Of a stretch of DNA of 64,000 nt, positions 1 to 11,230 are shown piece after piece (the first letter of the stretch is position 1; each line of letters opens with the position of its first letter). Under the pieces are notes generated by a model that saw only the letters and a program-made list of their open reading frames with translations, did no database searches and was not told the origin of the DNA. The stretch is from a virus (lineage: Duplodnaviria > Caudoviricetes), in the IMG/VR virus record IMGVR_UViG_3300037312_000268, positions 23,418 to 87,417 of that record. The stretch is one strand, 5' to 3'. Position numbers and translations under genes: made by a program.

Positions 1-183
1 TTGTGCTTTCAATTCACGCTTATCCCAGTTGATAAAAGTACCGAAATGGAAGCTGTCGTGGAACAGCACACCTTTCAGGAATTGCTTCGTAGCTTTGTTA
101 GTTGCGGTACGACGTTGGCGATAAGCTTCATACGACTCGCCATCTCCACGAGCAAGAGTGCTGTGAGTAGTTTGTTCAGTCAT
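1..183 (-). CDS. Hypothetical protein, truncated at window edge (MTEQTTHSTLARGDGESYEAY...)
   Basis: Manually translated; ATG at 183 with GGAG RBS, open to position 1. Confidence 0.65.
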   Translation of the reverse strand, partial: MTEQTTHSTLARGDGESYEAYRQRRTATNKATKQFLKGVLFHDSFHFGTFINWDKRELKAQ

Positions 184-212
184 TCAAATTCTCCTTAGTT
201 GTATTATTATTA

Positions 213-395
213 TTATGCAAAAACCTGCACACGATGCTTCCCATCTTCGCCAGTGTACGAAGCCCACAGCTTACCCTTACCGACATACGCACAAGCGTGG
301 AACTCTGCGTTGATGTAACGAGCAACCTTCTCTTTCGATGCACCAGTGCGCAGGATGTTGTTAACACGGTCAGCGATTTGTTTTACGATGGTCAT
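213..395 (-). CDS. Small hypothetical protein
   Basis: 60 aa ORF with AGGAG RBS, downstream of a promoter. Confidence 0.65.
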   Translation of the reverse strand: MTIVKQIADRVNNILRTGASKEKVARYINAEFHACAYVGKGKLWASYTGEDGKHRVQVFA

Positions 396-442
396 TCAAT
401 TTCTCCTTAAATTTGTTTGTGTCGTTTGCTGCGACAGGAAGA

Positions 443-471
443 ATCTTACGCTTGTTGCTGCTTCCTGTCAA
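443..471 (-). promoter_or_regulatory. Sigma70-type promoter
   Basis: TTGACA-17 nt-TAAGAT on minus strand. Confidence 0.75.
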
Positions 472-484
472 CAGGTTTCTTAAA

Positions 485-727
485 TTATTTCAGTGCTTCC
501 CACTGTTCGTCGGTAAGCTTGGTAAGACCTTTGTACCCATCTTTCACAACTAGCTCATCACCGTAGTAAATTTGAGGTAAAGAACGGTGGCCTTTCTCTA
601 GAAGGAAATCCCTTGCGCCCGGAGTGTTCTCAATTTTAACTACGGAGAATGGCACACCTTTTTGCTCCAACAGCGCAATAGCCTTGCTGCATTCAGGACA
701 GTTATTTTTAGAGTACACATTAATCAT
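485..727 (-). CDS. Glutaredoxin (RNR reductant)
   Basis: CPEC motif, 'SLPQIY' cis-Pro motif, directly after nrdB. Confidence 0.93.
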   Translation of the reverse strand: MINVYSKNNCPECSKAIALLEQKGVPFSVVKIENTPGARDFLLEKGHRSLPQIYYGDELVVKDGYKGLTKLTDEQWEALK

Positions 728-1815
728 CGATAGCTCCATTCAATGATCTTGTCTCCAAGATCGTCAACAATAATATTCAGGCGATAGTTGGCTTGGTCGC
801 CCTCTTGGTTGGCATTCTGGGTCTTGTTCAAGTCAAGCCAGTTCTCCATGTACTTCAGCGGATTCTTCTCGATCTTACGAGGCGGCTCAAAGCCAACTAC
901 CTCATACACTTCTTGTGCGTTGTAGTCAATCCAATCAACGCCAAGTTGATGCGAGAAGCCCGTCACCTTGCGTCCATTGCTGTGCAGATGGTCGTTCCAG
1001 CGATACTCTGAATACCTCACCTCTTCAAGAATGGTGCGAACAGACATCTCATTCTTTGCAAACCATTCCTTGCCTCGTGGTGTTGCCAGTTCCGTCTTGA
1101 TAGCGTACTTACCAACCTCAGCGTGGATGTAACGCTCGTCCTGCATAATCTTCTGCACCAGCTTGCCAATACCTTGGAAGTATCCAGATTCCACAACACC
1201 GAACGTGGCAGCGAATGACACCATGAACTGAAGTCGCTCAAGGCAGTACAATGCAACAACAGCGCGCATCACAGCATCGTAGGCATTGTGTTCTTCAATC
1301 ATCCCGAGTTTAAATAGCGCACCTGCACTGCTCAAATCACTGAAGGCGTTCGCCACAGTCTCCATGCGGCCTGTAATCGCATCGTTCTTCATGATACGCT
1401 CAAAGATGTCCTTCGGATTCTCCATGCAGACGCGGACAATCTCGGAATACGTAAGAGCGTGCAATACTTCAATCTCGCTAATCTTCAGCAGCGCTGCCCA
1501 GTATTCGCTGTTGGTGACGAACGGTGCGAACAGCGGCGCAATGCTTCGTGCGGCTATCGAATCAGCTTCCCACTGGAGCGCAAGATTCTCCACCATGATT
1601 TCGCGGCTCTCAGCAGGGCAAGTAATCATATCGATACGGGATTGCTCCAGATCGATTTCATCCTCGCTCCAGTCAGCTTGCTTCTGCTCCTTGTACTTCT
1701 TAAACAGGGTGGGGTGCGTTACGTTGATACTGTCATGCAGCCCAGGTGCTTGCCCGAGAAACAGACTATACTTGCCAGTTTTCCACTCATCATTCTGTTG
1801 ATTAAACACGCTCAT
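724..1815 (-). CDS. nrdB: Ribonucleotide reductase class I beta subunit
   Basis: Di-iron motifs EVLHALTY, LERLQF, DERYIH; follows nrdA. Confidence 0.95.
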   Translation of the reverse strand: MSVFNQQNDEWKTGKYSLFLGQAPGLHDSINVTHPTLFKKYKEQKQADWSEDEIDLEQSRIDMITCPAESREIMVENLALQWEADSIAARSIAPLFAPFVTNSEYWAALLKISEIEVLHALTYSEIVRVCMENPKDIFERIMKNDAITGRMETVANAFSDLSSAGALFKLGMIEEHNAYDAVMRAVVALYCLERLQFMVSFAATFGVVESGYFQGIGKLVQKIMQDERYIHAEVGKYAIKTELATPRGKEWFAKNEMSVRTILEEVRYSEYRWNDHLHSNGRKVTGFSHQLGVDWIDYNAQEVYEVVGFEPPRKIEKNPLKYMENWLDLNKTQNANQEGDQANYRLNIIVDDLGDKIIEWSYR

Positions 1816-4049
1816 AGCTTGCAAGCCTCACAATCTTCTTCACTCTCTTCCAAAGTCAATCCAGCCTTCGTGTTGGAATAATATCCACTCTTGAGTCCGC
1901 AGATAATCCGATATAACCAATCTTCAAACATCTCCGTCGCACTGATCTTAGGCGTTACTCCTGCTGGGAATGCCCGATACTTGTCTGCGCTAATCGCCTG
2001 CCCACAAAACTTTTGGAAGATGCCGTACATGTCTGTAATGTCTTTAGCCGGAACCGTCCAAGCGAGTTGATAGCGACCTTTCAACATCTCAAGATCAGGT
2101 GCGAGGAACACATTCTTGTTGGTGCCACTAGTCTTAACAACAACAAGTTCACGCACGGGATAAATACTGTTTGTCGTGTTGCCAGCAATGCTGCTCGACT
2201 CAACAGGCATATAAGCCTCAAGAACGCTGTTGCGCATGCCGTGCTCAGCAATCTCCTTGCGAAGCCCTTCCCAATCACACAGCAAAGGCTGATCCGTCAC
2301 ATTATCGATGTGTTTGCAGTAGGTGTCAATAGGCAACCAACCATCTGCGTACTTCGTCTTGTGGAACCAATCACATTTGCCACGTTCCTTAGCAAGCCGT
2401 ACAGAAGCCTTATGCAGCCAGTACGAATGCATCTCAGCCAGTCGGTGCATGTAAGCCTTTCCTTCTGCTGTGTCGTATCGCAACCCTTTAACCGCCATAT
2501 CATGTGCAAGATTCGTAATACCGATACCAGCGGAACGACGAGCCTGTGCAGTGTACTTCAAATGAGGGAACGGGTAGTCCATGATACTGATGACATTATC
2601 TACCATCTTCAATGCACGATACGCCACTTCCTCATACGTCTCAGGCGTTACACGTCCAGCAACGATTGCAGCAAGATTACATAGGCCAATCTCACCTTGC
2701 ACATCGTCGTCCATCCGGTATAGTTCAGTGACATCTTTGTACCCTTGCGTGGGCAAGCCAATTTCCTGGCACAAGTTACTGCTATAAATCGGGTCTTTGA
2801 ACGGTGTGTGGCGATTCATCTCATACGTGTTGTGCTCGTACATCCGTCCAGTTTCTTCTTGCATACGAAGAAATTCCAGTGCCAGCTTCCGGGCAGAAAC
2901 AAGCTTCTTACGCTTGCTACTTTTTTCGTGCTCCTCGTACAACCTCTCAAAGCTTCCATCAGCACGATACATTGCTTCCCACAAACTTGGATTTATTTTG
3001 TAGCTGATGTTCATCCAGTTCTCATTCTTCGCCGCTTTCTCAGCCAGCAGCGGGTGGAAACCAAAACTATAGTCCAGACGACGTTCTGCTTTCGATGCAA
3101 CAGTTGTCGGGTGACGAAGACGTAGTAGCGTTTCAATCTCAGGGTCAAGAGCATTGATGTGCATCGTCTCGGCCCCACCACGGCCACCTTGCAGGTTAGC
3201 ATTCACTGCGCTAGCCTGAGCATTGTAGTACGGCAGCTTGCCGCCATGTCGAATAGTATTCTTACGAACGCCATCGCCTTTACTGCGAGTCATCAGCATG
3301 CCACCAATACCTGCACTGGATGCCGTCATGATGGTTGCAATGTGATCGCCCGCAGCCAAGCTTCCAAGCTCGTCATTGCTCTTGTAAACGCAGCAAGAAG
3401 CATAAGTGCGCTTAGGAGTGCCAAGATTGTTGATGTTCGGCGTAGGGGCATTGATAGCGCCTGTAGCAAAATCCTCGTAATACTTCCGCACTTCCTGCAT
3501 GCGAGTTTCTTTAGGCTCATCCTTGCACACACCAAGCGCCATACGCATCCAAACGAACGCAGGTGACTCTAGGACAATGTTCTTCTCAATGTCCTTGATG
3601 GCATACTTTGTCGTAATCTGATTGATGACAGAGTAGACACTGTTCAGGTCACGTTCGTGGTTGATAAACCGTTGCGCCCAGAACAACTCTAATTCGCTGT
3701 AACCCATTTCCTCCCACAAACCGTCTGCAACCATGTCGTGATACATTTTAAACACAGTCGGAACGTGTTCATGCCCACCAAACGCTTGCTTGTACACATC
3801 ACCAATCAACAGACGGCCAGCCATCAGCATATGCGGAGTATCTTCATAATCCATACAAGCTTGAATCATCGCCTGTTGCAACTCTTTCGTCGTGCAAGTC
3901 TCAGGAAGCTTCTGATACGTGTCCGCAACAATACCAAACCAATCTACACCAATGTTGCCAGCCCACTTGGCCCAGCGAGTAAGCTTCTCAGGATCAAACG
4001 GGACAACGGAGCCATCCCGCTTAGTTACCATAATATGCTTCTCAGTCAT
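1812..4049 (-). CDS. nrdA: Ribonucleotide reductase class I alpha subunit with N-terminal ATP cone
   Basis: VTKRDG ATP cone, ASCC, SSNLCQEI, GIGITN motifs, C-terminal CEAC. Confidence 0.96.
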   Translation of the reverse strand: MTEKHIMVTKRDGSVVPFDPEKLTRWAKWAGNIGVDWFGIVADTYQKLPETCTTKELQQAMIQACMDYEDTPHMLMAGRLLIGDVYKQAFGGHEHVPTVFKMYHDMVADGLWEEMGYSELELFWAQRFINHERDLNSVYSVINQITTKYAIKDIEKNIVLESPAFVWMRMALGVCKDEPKETRMQEVRKYYEDFATGAINAPTPNINNLGTPKRTYASCCVYKSNDELGSLAAGDHIATIMTASSAGIGGMLMTRSKGDGVRKNTIRHGGKLPYYNAQASAVNANLQGGRGGAETMHINALDPEIETLLRLRHPTTVASKAERRLDYSFGFHPLLAEKAAKNENWMNISYKINPSLWEAMYRADGSFERLYEEHEKSSKRKKLVSARKLALEFLRMQEETGRMYEHNTYEMNRHTPFKDPIYSSNLCQEIGLPTQGYKDVTELYRMDDDVQGEIGLCNLAAIVAGRVTPETYEEVAYRALKMVDNVISIMDYPFPHLKYTAQARRSAGIGITNLAHDMAVKGLRYDTAEGKAYMHRLAEMHSYWLHKASVRLAKERGKCDWFHKTKYADGWLPIDTYCKHIDNVTDQPLLCDWEGLRKEIAEHGMRNSVLEAYMPVESSSIAGNTTNSIYPVRELVVVKTSGTNKNVFLAPDLEMLKGRYQLAWTVPAKDITDMYGIFQKFCGQAISADKYRAFPAGVTPKISATEMFEDWLYRIICGLKSGYYSNTKAGLTLEESEEDCEACKL

Positions 4050-4623
4050 TAACACTCCCTTCTTTATCTTTACGCTTGTGTTTCTTGCGACGCTTCTCAG
4101 CAGGTTTAGGATTTTTGTAATCTTCTAGGCTCTTGTACGAACCATCAGGATTCGTTTGATCTCCACGAATATGAAACAGAATATCTTCTAGTTGCTGAAT
4201 CTGTTTTGCAATCTTACGTTCTTCTGCTGCGTATTCATCGTCATAGCGGACAGGGACGTTTTCATCTAGAGCATGATTTGAACCATATCCAGAGCAGCGA
4301 GAGTTCATCGCATACAGTTCTTCGTACAAGCTCTTATCTTGCGCTTGGGCAGCAAGCATAACATCCTCAAGCGTGCTATACGGCCCTTTGATGTGCTTTC
4401 GTGAAAAGTTGTGTTCGCCTGCAAACACGTAGCCAATCTTCACTTCATTCGTCAATGTGCGGTGTTGTGCTGCATAAATATGTACCGCCTTGTTTGTATC
4501 AAATCCTAGTTCGGCAAGAACGCTGTAAACCTTATCCGCATTATCCATATGACAAATATCAAAGATATTCATACCTTGCAACGGCTCTGCTACCAACAGA
4601 TCATAACCACTAATCACCTTCAT
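4042..4623 (-). CDS. Hypothetical protein with basic C-terminal tail
   Basis: About 193 aa ORF tightly packed in operon. Confidence 0.75.
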   Translation of the reverse strand: MKVISGYDLLVAEPLQGMNIFDICHMDNADKVYSVLAELGFDTNKAVHIYAAQHRTLTNEVKIGYVFAGEHNFSRKHIKGPYSTLEDVMLAAQAQDKSLYEELYAMNSRCSGYGSNHALDENVPVRYDDEYAAEERKIAKQIQQLEDILFHIRGDQTNPDGSYKSLEDYKNPKPAEKRRKKHKRKDKEGSVND

Positions 4624-5299
4624 TGTCACCTCCAACGTTTTCGTAAGATTCAGGCCGGATTGCTCCCCGGTACTTCAATTCTAGTTCTTCTCGTTTTGCA
4701 ATCGCATCTATAAGATTATCAAATACACCGCCATACTCGTGAATACCATTTGTTGAAATTTCAACAGAGTATTTCTCTTGAGCAGCAAGATAACTTACCC
4801 CTGTTCTGCCAGTTGTATTAGCTTTTGATTTTCGCTTGTTTTGCGCCTGTTCTTCCGCCGAAGCCCATCTACAGTTTTCTTTGTAATACCCTTGATTACA
4901 GTCTCTACGATCTAAGGATTTACCTTCGGGACGTTCTCCCATGTCTTTTAAGAAAGTTTCATAATTGTGCCATTCTTCGCAAACCATGATTCCTCTACCG
5001 CCGTAATTTTTATAGGCTTTGACGTTAGGGTTGTTACACCTCGACATCATACCCCTCCAGATTCGGTAGGTCTTGGTGTTAGACTTGCCGTGGGTTCTAG
5101 ATGGGCAATTGATGTCGTGAAGGCATCCACACGACGACGTATGACCCCTTACCACCAAATCTTTGGAAAGTGCTTTTTCATTTCCACAGTCGCATACAAA
5201 TAAATAATAGATTCTACTGCCTTTATTTTCTACACGACTGTAAACAGTAAGTTTGCCGTATTTATCTCCGGTTTTCAGGGGCTTGCTTTCTTTCCCCAT
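4610..5299 (-). CDS. Free-standing HNH homing endonuclease with AP2-like C-terminus
   Basis: CDCG, SCGC, YGGRGI, SLDRRD..GY..ENCRWA motifs. Confidence 0.88.
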   Translation of the reverse strand: MGKESKPLKTGDKYGKLTVYSRVENKGSRIYYLFVCDCGNEKALSKDLVVRGHTSSCGCLHDINCPSRTHGKSNTKTYRIWRGMMSRCNNPNVKAYKNYGGRGIMVCEEWHNYETFLKDMGERPEGKSLDRRDCNQGYYKENCRWASAEEQAQNKRKSKANTTGRTGVSYLAAQEKYSVEISTNGIHEYGGVFDNLIDAIAKREELELKYRGAIRPESYENVGGDNEGD

Positions 5300-5715
5300 T
5301 AATAAGCCTTTCCGCCCGCAGCTTCACGGTTTTCCTTCTTGTGATCAGGACGAATAGCATTGAATGCAAGCTTCTCTTCAATAGCCCCGCCAAGATCAAG
5401 ATTAAGTGCACCACAAAGGTCCGCGATACGAATTACGGCATCGGCCAGTTCAACTTCCAGCATACTGCGATGTGGCAGCTTGTCGTCCATAAGATTCTTA
5501 CGGTGGCCTTCCATACCTTCGCTAACTTCACTGTGGGTGAGGCAAAGTTTCTGTGCAACGAGTGCACCTGCCAGCAGTGCTTGGAAGTCGTCAAGCGGTT
5601 GATTAATCATTTGCTTAAGGTCCATGCCCGTCTTACTGTGATGCCACCAACCAGCATTGTAGGATGCGCCATGGCAGACATCAACTAGATTGTTTACTTC
5701 ATTTTTAATATTCAT
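5299..5715 (-). CDS. MazG-like NTP pyrophosphohydrolase
   Basis: HSEVSEGMEG...EVELADAVIRIAD ExxE/ExxD pattern. Confidence 0.85.
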   Translation of the reverse strand: MNIKNEVNNLVDVCHGASYNAGWWHHSKTGMDLKQMINQPLDDFQALLAGALVAQKLCLTHSEVSEGMEGHRKNLMDDKLPHRSMLEVELADAVIRIADLCGALNLDLGGAIEEKLAFNAIRPDHKKENREAAGGKAY

Positions 5716-5906
5716 TTGTTCTCCCAAACCACTTGTTCATACTTTGCCCAATTGCCATCCATGACATACTGAATAGCATCTTCTAACTTCTCAAAATGCA
5801 CTGCGCATTCGTCAAAGGTTCCCCAATCGTACATGAAGTGCCAAAAGAACCAACTCTTGTATTGTGGGTAGTAATATTTTCCACATTTATAGATACGAGT
5901 CTTCAT

Positions 5907-6854
5907 TTACTTCCCCGTATTCGTAAGGCTGTTATCTTTGTTGTGTATAGAATTGTTACTGCGCGACCTATTCATTTTACCACAATCAACGCACTTGTGG
6001 ATGTCGAATTCGGAAACGCTCGTGTAGTACTTCTTATCAATCACGGTGAGGTGTTCACTGCCGCAACACACACAACGCAGTTTTCCAGATGGCTCGTACA
6101 GTGCTACGTTTGGATGTGTCTTGCTCCAATGACGCAGGCGCATATACACCTCTTCCAACACCACAACATCTTGAATATTGTACGTCAGCATCTCTTCAAA
6201 TGCCTCGTCATCCATCGCCATACAGCGAGTCCACAGTTCAAATCCGCTATGGCTGGCCTTGCGGTGCAGACCGAGATATGCAGCAATGCTATCAAGACTG
6301 TTACTAGGGAAGCGGAACTCTGCCTTAGCAATCTTAAGCGTGTCAACAATCTTACTAGGTGCAGGTGGAGTCATACCAAGGGCAACCATGCGTGTTTTGA
6401 TGAGCGGAATGTCAAATTTCTGAGCGTTATGTGCAACACACAGGTCTGCTTGGCTCATCAGGTCGGCAAGCTCTTGCACCAACACTTCATCATTCCGTGC
6501 CTCGTAAATTCGATTTGAGATGATTGTAGGCTCACCAAGCCATTTAGCAGAATAAGTCAGCAGATAACCCTCGTGCACAACCTGCTTTTGGCTAACATTG
6601 TTGTCCCAACGGCCCCAAACGTATGCCGTGGTGGGCGCACACTCAATGTCAAGAAGAAGAATCTTTGCTGTGGTGGGAACGTTACCCTCAACAGGATCGA
6701 CATCAACTTTCTTAAATTTAAAATACTTACGCAAGTAGTCACTCACAGTCGATTTGGCAACACCAATCTGACGGCTGATTTCACGCCACGACATATCGGG
6801 GTTGTCGTTTGCCATCTTCACTGCTGCAACGGTCCACTCTTCTTGTTCAATCAT
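5907..6854 (-). CDS. DEDD/RNase H-like 3'-5' exonuclease with N-terminal HTH and C-terminal Zn ribbon
   Basis: LLDIEC, AHNAQKFD, YNIQDV motifs; C-terminal CxxC..CxxC. Confidence 0.85.
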   Translation of the reverse strand: MIEQEEWTVAAVKMANDNPDMSWREISRQIGVAKSTVSDYLRKYFKFKKVDVDPVEGNVPTTAKILLLDIECAPTTAYVWGRWDNNVSQKQVVHEGYLLTYSAKWLGEPTIISNRIYEARNDEVLVQELADLMSQADLCVAHNAQKFDIPLIKTRMVALGMTPPAPSKIVDTLKIAKAEFRFPSNSLDSIAAYLGLHRKASHSGFELWTRCMAMDDEAFEEMLTYNIQDVVVLEEVYMRLRHWSKTHPNVALYEPSGKLRCVCCGSEHLTVIDKKYYTSVSEFDIHKCVDCGKMNRSRSNNSIHNKDNSLTNTGK

Positions 6855-7816
6855 TCGTATTCCTTCACAACTTCGTCTTCAAGTTTAACAGGTGCCCTGT
6901 CACACGCCTCAAGCATTCTAATAAGATTGCCTTTGATGTCTTCCATAAGCTCCCAACCACTGGCACAAGCAGGCACCCACCCTTCTAGAACACCCTCTTT
7001 ATTGTAGTAACACTCAACGATGTCGTAACAATCTTCGTCAACGTTGACAGCAATACGATAGTTCCAACTCATGCCATCTCCTCAATTTTCTTCAGCAAAT
7101 CTGCCTTCGTGGCCTCGTAATTCGCCACAAGACGTTTGTAGTGCTCAATCGACTGTTCATTCAGCTTGATAGCTTGCTCAAGCTGAGCGACACGTTCTTT
7201 GAAATCGTTCAGTTGGCGTTGTTGTTCGGCCGTGAGTACACGCTTTGTTTGAATAGTCCATATCCCGTCGTTGAGATATTTCTTAATACCTTTTTCAGTG
7301 TAATGCATGTCACTAAGCGACAAACCACTATCAAAATCGAACGCAAACCAGATTTCTCCTATCTTGCGCATTTTCCAATGTCCGCCAGAGTACGTATTCG
7401 TGGCAACAAACTCGCCCGGCAATTCGTTTTGTTTAGGAGGTTCGTCCGCAACAATCCACGCACCCATCTCAACCAAACCTCGTACATCACATTCATCAAA
7501 CACTACACGAGGGATTTCACGAATCTTGTTAGGATACCCTCGTGCCCACTTCACCTCATAATACCCATGACCGTTCTTGGAACTCGTATGTGTAAAGCCG
7601 GGATATTCTTCAATACGGAATTGAAATTTGTCAGACAGCTTCATCATTTTCCTCCACGATATGTGTACGTTTGTTATCAATCATATTTTTCATCTCGTCC
7701 TTCGGGAACGCTGCTACATATTCACCTTCGCAATATACTTTATACAAACCGTCTACTAGTGTTGCCTTGTAGAGCGACCGGAAGCCTTGATAGTGGAAAT
7801 TGAATTCGTTGGTCAT
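6851..7816 (-). CDS. Three consecutive hypothetical genes (6851-7072, 7069-7680, 7631-7816)
   Basis: Overlapping start/stop codons. Confidence 0.65.
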
Positions 7817-7880
7817 TGTTGGTTCTCCTTAAGAATGTTGTAGAACGTATTCTACATGGGTTGTTGTGCTGATGCAAGCC

Positions 7881-8414
7881 TTATTTTACAGAGCGCAGAA
7901 TTTGCTCTACAGCCATTCTGCGTTTATCGGGATTGCTCAATTGTGCATCAGTATAGCCGTAGTCATAACAGAAACGCTTCACGTCACTGACTTTACCTTT
8001 ACAGATGGCGATGGCTTCTTTCTGCAACTTTGCTTCTTCTTTAGTGTACCCGTGCTTGTCCATTAATGTTTTACAATCATGACACTCATGACACAACACT
8101 TGCAAACCCTCAGGGCCGCAGAACAGACGCTCTACAAAGTCGGCAATGTCATCCTTGCAGTTCAGGGCGCCCGCAGGAATTTTATGGTCCACTGCCACTT
8201 GTTTGCTTTCAAAAAGCATGTCGCATTCTGCACAGACGTAACTCCATTTGCGTCGCTTGTTGTCGCCCTTGTATGGCACTTTCGCTTTGTCTAGGGCTTC
8301 GTAGATGGCAGACCATCGGCGCGACAGCTTTCTTAAACCTGAACGCAACCATACATAGAAATCGACAGGCTTCTTGTCTTTCTTGGCAGGGGATTTCTTA
8401 ATACCAGTAGGCAT
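7881..8414 (-). CDS. HNH endonuclease, probably a core replication-module nuclease
   Basis: CAEC...VAVDHKIP...LQVLCHECHDCK. Confidence 0.85.
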   Translation of the reverse strand: MPTGIKKSPAKKDKKPVDFYVWLRSGLRKLSRRWSAIYEALDKAKVPYKGDNKRRKWSYVCAECDMLFESKQVAVDHKIPAGALNCKDDIADFVERLFCGPEGLQVLCHECHDCKTLMDKHGYTKEEAKLQKEAIAICKGKVSDVKRFCYDYGYTDAQLSNPDKRRMAVEQILRSVK

Positions 8415-8802
8415 ACCCCTCCTTAAGATTCATAAACCTTGCACGCTCATGAGCACGAAGATGGCCCCACCCGTCAAAATCCAAGAAACGCTTGACAGTT
8501 TTGAAGTGCTCGGTAAGCGTGTCAAGAATTTTGTAACCATACCATGTATTGACAACCATGTAGCGGACAGGTTCCGCAAAGACGATTCCCTTAGTCATCT
8601 CGCGCCACCACATCTGCTAAGTAAGTTGGAAGATACGTTTGTTCCCCTAGCCATTCATGATCGCACGTAATATACTCTGGGATAATATCTAGTGCCAGTA
8701 AGACCTCATACACACTAAGATTATGTGCTTGCAAGGCAATCTTACCATCAATGTACAAACCTTCCCAGTCGTCTTCGTTCGATACGATGGTAATTTTCTT
8801 AG

Positions 8803-9807
8803 TCATACCTTCAATCCAAATTTATCAAGTTCTTCATCAAGGATAAACTTGTAGTCCTCACTTGTCATCATGCGGCTCATAATACAGTTTTCGTTCAGCA
8901 CATACTTCCAATCTACCTCAAACTGATTACCACGCCATCCTGTGATAACACGAGGTTCAGGGTAGAGCTTCTTATACACTTTGATAACGGCTTCCCACGC
9001 TTCTTTCTCGTTGGCGCAATCCTTCAGTGCCTTATACGCACTCTTCTCTCCCCACCGCTTCTCAGGGCATGCAGAGTTTGCCCAGTACTCGTCGGAATCA
9101 TCACCGCTGCACACTTGCATAAGCCACCAGATGTAGCCGTAGCCTTTTACAGCGTCCTTACCGTTGATGTACAACTTACCAAAGCCATCAATCTTGAAAG
9201 GTTCTTCCATGTCGCCATGAATGTAGAACTTAAGATTGTTACCAAAGTAATCCTTGTCAACTCCCGCAAGAATCAGATCAGGATCGTTGGTACAATCAAT
9301 CACACAATGGTCATCTGCCTCAAGACCGCGTTTGATAATACCTTTGTGTGTTGTGATAAGGTACTTCTCAACTTCCTCAAGATGCACAGGTTTCACAAGA
9401 CTGCTACGGCTTCCTTTGTACTTGACAATCGTGGAGGCTTCGACGCGCCAACTGTCACCCTTACCGATGTACCCATAGTACTCGTCAACACCAAGCTTCT
9501 CAACCATATTGTTGATATGATTCTTAACGGACGACAGAATGAATTCTAAAGGCTCCGCTTGTTGCTTGTCTACAAATTCAAACTCTTCTAGGGTGAACGG
9601 GGGTTTGCCATCCTGCATGCGGGACAAGTTTGTTTCTGCCAGCCAACCCCCATTCTTTTTCTTCCAGTGGCCGTAAAACGATGTACGATTGTCAAAATTC
9701 TTAATACGCCCAGTAGGTTTATGAATCACATCAACCGTACGTTTTTCCCCTGCCGCTCCAATTTGGTACTTAATGTAGTCCATGTCAATTAGCAATCTTT
9801 TTGCCAT
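8803..9807 (-). CDS. 5'-3' exonuclease (T7 gp6/RNase H-like)
   Basis: LLIDMD, LEADD, GVDKD, GDDSD acidic motifs. Confidence 0.85.
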   Translation of the reverse strand: MAKRLLIDMDYIKYQIGAAGEKRTVDVIHKPTGRIKNFDNRTSFYGHWKKKNGGWLAETNLSRMQDGKPPFTLEEFEFVDKQQAEPLEFILSSVKNHINNMVEKLGVDEYYGYIGKGDSWRVEASTIVKYKGSRSSLVKPVHLEEVEKYLITTHKGIIKRGLEADDHCVIDCTNDPDLILAGVDKDYFGNNLKFYIHGDMEEPFKIDGFGKLYINGKDAVKGYGYIWWLMQVCSGDDSDEYWANSACPEKRWGEKSAYKALKDCANEKEAWEAVIKVYKKLYPEPRVITGWRGNQFEVDWKYVLNENCIMSRMMTSEDYKFILDEELDKFGLKV

Positions 9808-9810
9808 ATA

Positions 9811-10428
9811 CTACATCTCCTCTCGATAATCGGACGGAAGGCTGTAGACACTCAAAGCATGCAAGACGCGCTCATCTACCGTAAATTCACCAGTCATAAG
9901 CGAATTAAGCCATCGGCGAGCCTCTTGCTCTTTAGCCACCTTATACGCAGTGTAAGCCTCGTCCGGACTTTCAAAGTATCCTAGGTGCGTATTCTTTCCT
10001 CCTATGCAAACTTTGGCACATAATTTACCGACAACGCTGTTATAGTGAACACCCCTTGGAAACTCCCCTCTGCTGCTTCGCTTATCAGTAAGAAATTTAT
10101 TCAATGCTTGTGGCAGATACACGCAAAAATCTTCACAGTAAATCTTGTTATTTTTACACAACAAATCCTTATCTAATTGATACCCGTCTTTCCCACCACC
10201 CGGTTGTTTTGTGGACCACTCAATGAAGTTGTCTGGATTGCTGAACTGTTCGCTCATCGTGCAGCCCACGTATGTGGGGTACTTACTTTGCCACTTGCCA
10301 CCTAACTTGCACCTCTGTCTCATGTCACACCACACTTTGTAAGACCTTGTGAAAAACTGTCTCCCTCCCTCTCTATAAGAGCGAACCCATTCACCTTTTA
10401 GTTTGAAATCTTCAACAATAGTTCCCAT
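9811..10428 (-). CDS. Free-standing HNH-type homing endonuclease with AP2-like domain
   Basis: YQLDKDLL..NNKIY...C.YLP..LN, HLGYF motif. Confidence 0.82.
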   Translation of the reverse strand: MGTIVEDFKLKGEWVRSYREGGRQFFTRSYKVWCDMRQRCKLGGKWQSKYPTYVGCTMSEQFSNPDNFIEWSTKQPGGGKDGYQLDKDLLCKNNKIYCEDFCVYLPQALNKFLTDKRSSRGEFPRGVHYNSVVGKLCAKVCIGGKNTHLGYFESPDEAYTAYKVAKEQEARRWLNSLMTGEFTVDERVLHALSVYSLPSDYREEM

Positions 10429-10489
10429 TCTACCCCTCAGGCAAAAATGCCCCACACCCTTTCGGATGCAGGGCAACGCTACTTACAAC

Positions 10490-11125
10490 TTAAAAAGGTG
10501 CTTCGCTCAGGTTTTCTTCCTCGATTTCAGGTTCAGGCTGCTTAGCCTTACTAGCTCGCGCCTTCGTTGCAGATTCTTTGGCCGCTTCCTTTTTAACAGT
10601 CTTGGAACCAAACTCATCCCCTGCTTGACCACCAGTAGACACGTACTCTTTAAAGCCGTCTTCCGTCATAAGAACGTTATTCAGCTTAGCGAACGTACCG
10701 AAGTCGTTGGTGGAGATTCGGTAACTAATCTTACCAAACGAGCCATTAGCAATAAGTCGACTTTCAGTGATGTCAACACGATCACCGTTATCATAGTCCA
10801 CAAACACACGCGGACGATGCTCCGGGTAGAATGGTTCGCCATCTTTCGTAGCGTCTTTCTTTAGTTTGATTTCGTACACGTTCTTCTCACCCTTCAGATT
10901 ATCAGGCAGAGCAACTTTGTATTTACCTTCAAACTCACTAGCTTTGATCTTCTTGGCGGGTTGTTTCTTAAAAGTCGAATCCCAGTTGTCAGCAGTATCT
11001 TCATCGACAATGATGCTAATCGTGTATTCAAAGTCTTTCGATTGATACTTCTGCGACGGTTCTGCGATTTTTGCAAAAACAAACATACCTTCAACAACAC
11101 CAAAGTTAGATTTCTTATCAGCCAT
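10490..11125 (-). CDS. Single-stranded DNA-binding protein (T7 gp2.5-like)
   Basis: Replication-module position, IANGS motif, acidic C-terminus ending in F. Confidence 0.72.
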   Translation of the reverse strand: MADKKSNFGVVEGMFVFAKIAEPSQKYQSKDFEYTISIIVDEDTADNWDSTFKKQPAKKIKASEFEGKYKVALPDNLKGEKNVYEIKLKKDATKDGEPFYPEHRPRVFVDYDNGDRVDITESRLIANGSFGKISYRISTNDFGTFAKLNNVLMTEDGFKEYVSTGGQAGDEFGSKTVKKEAAKESATKARASKAKQPEPEIEEENLSEAPF

Positions 11126-11230
11126 TTTGTTTCCTTTTCACTTGATTAATAAATTTACAGCACTTGCGGAATGCCACTTGGCGATTCCTCCTATTCACTC
11201 TTGAGAATGCAAGAGTGCACATTTCTTACA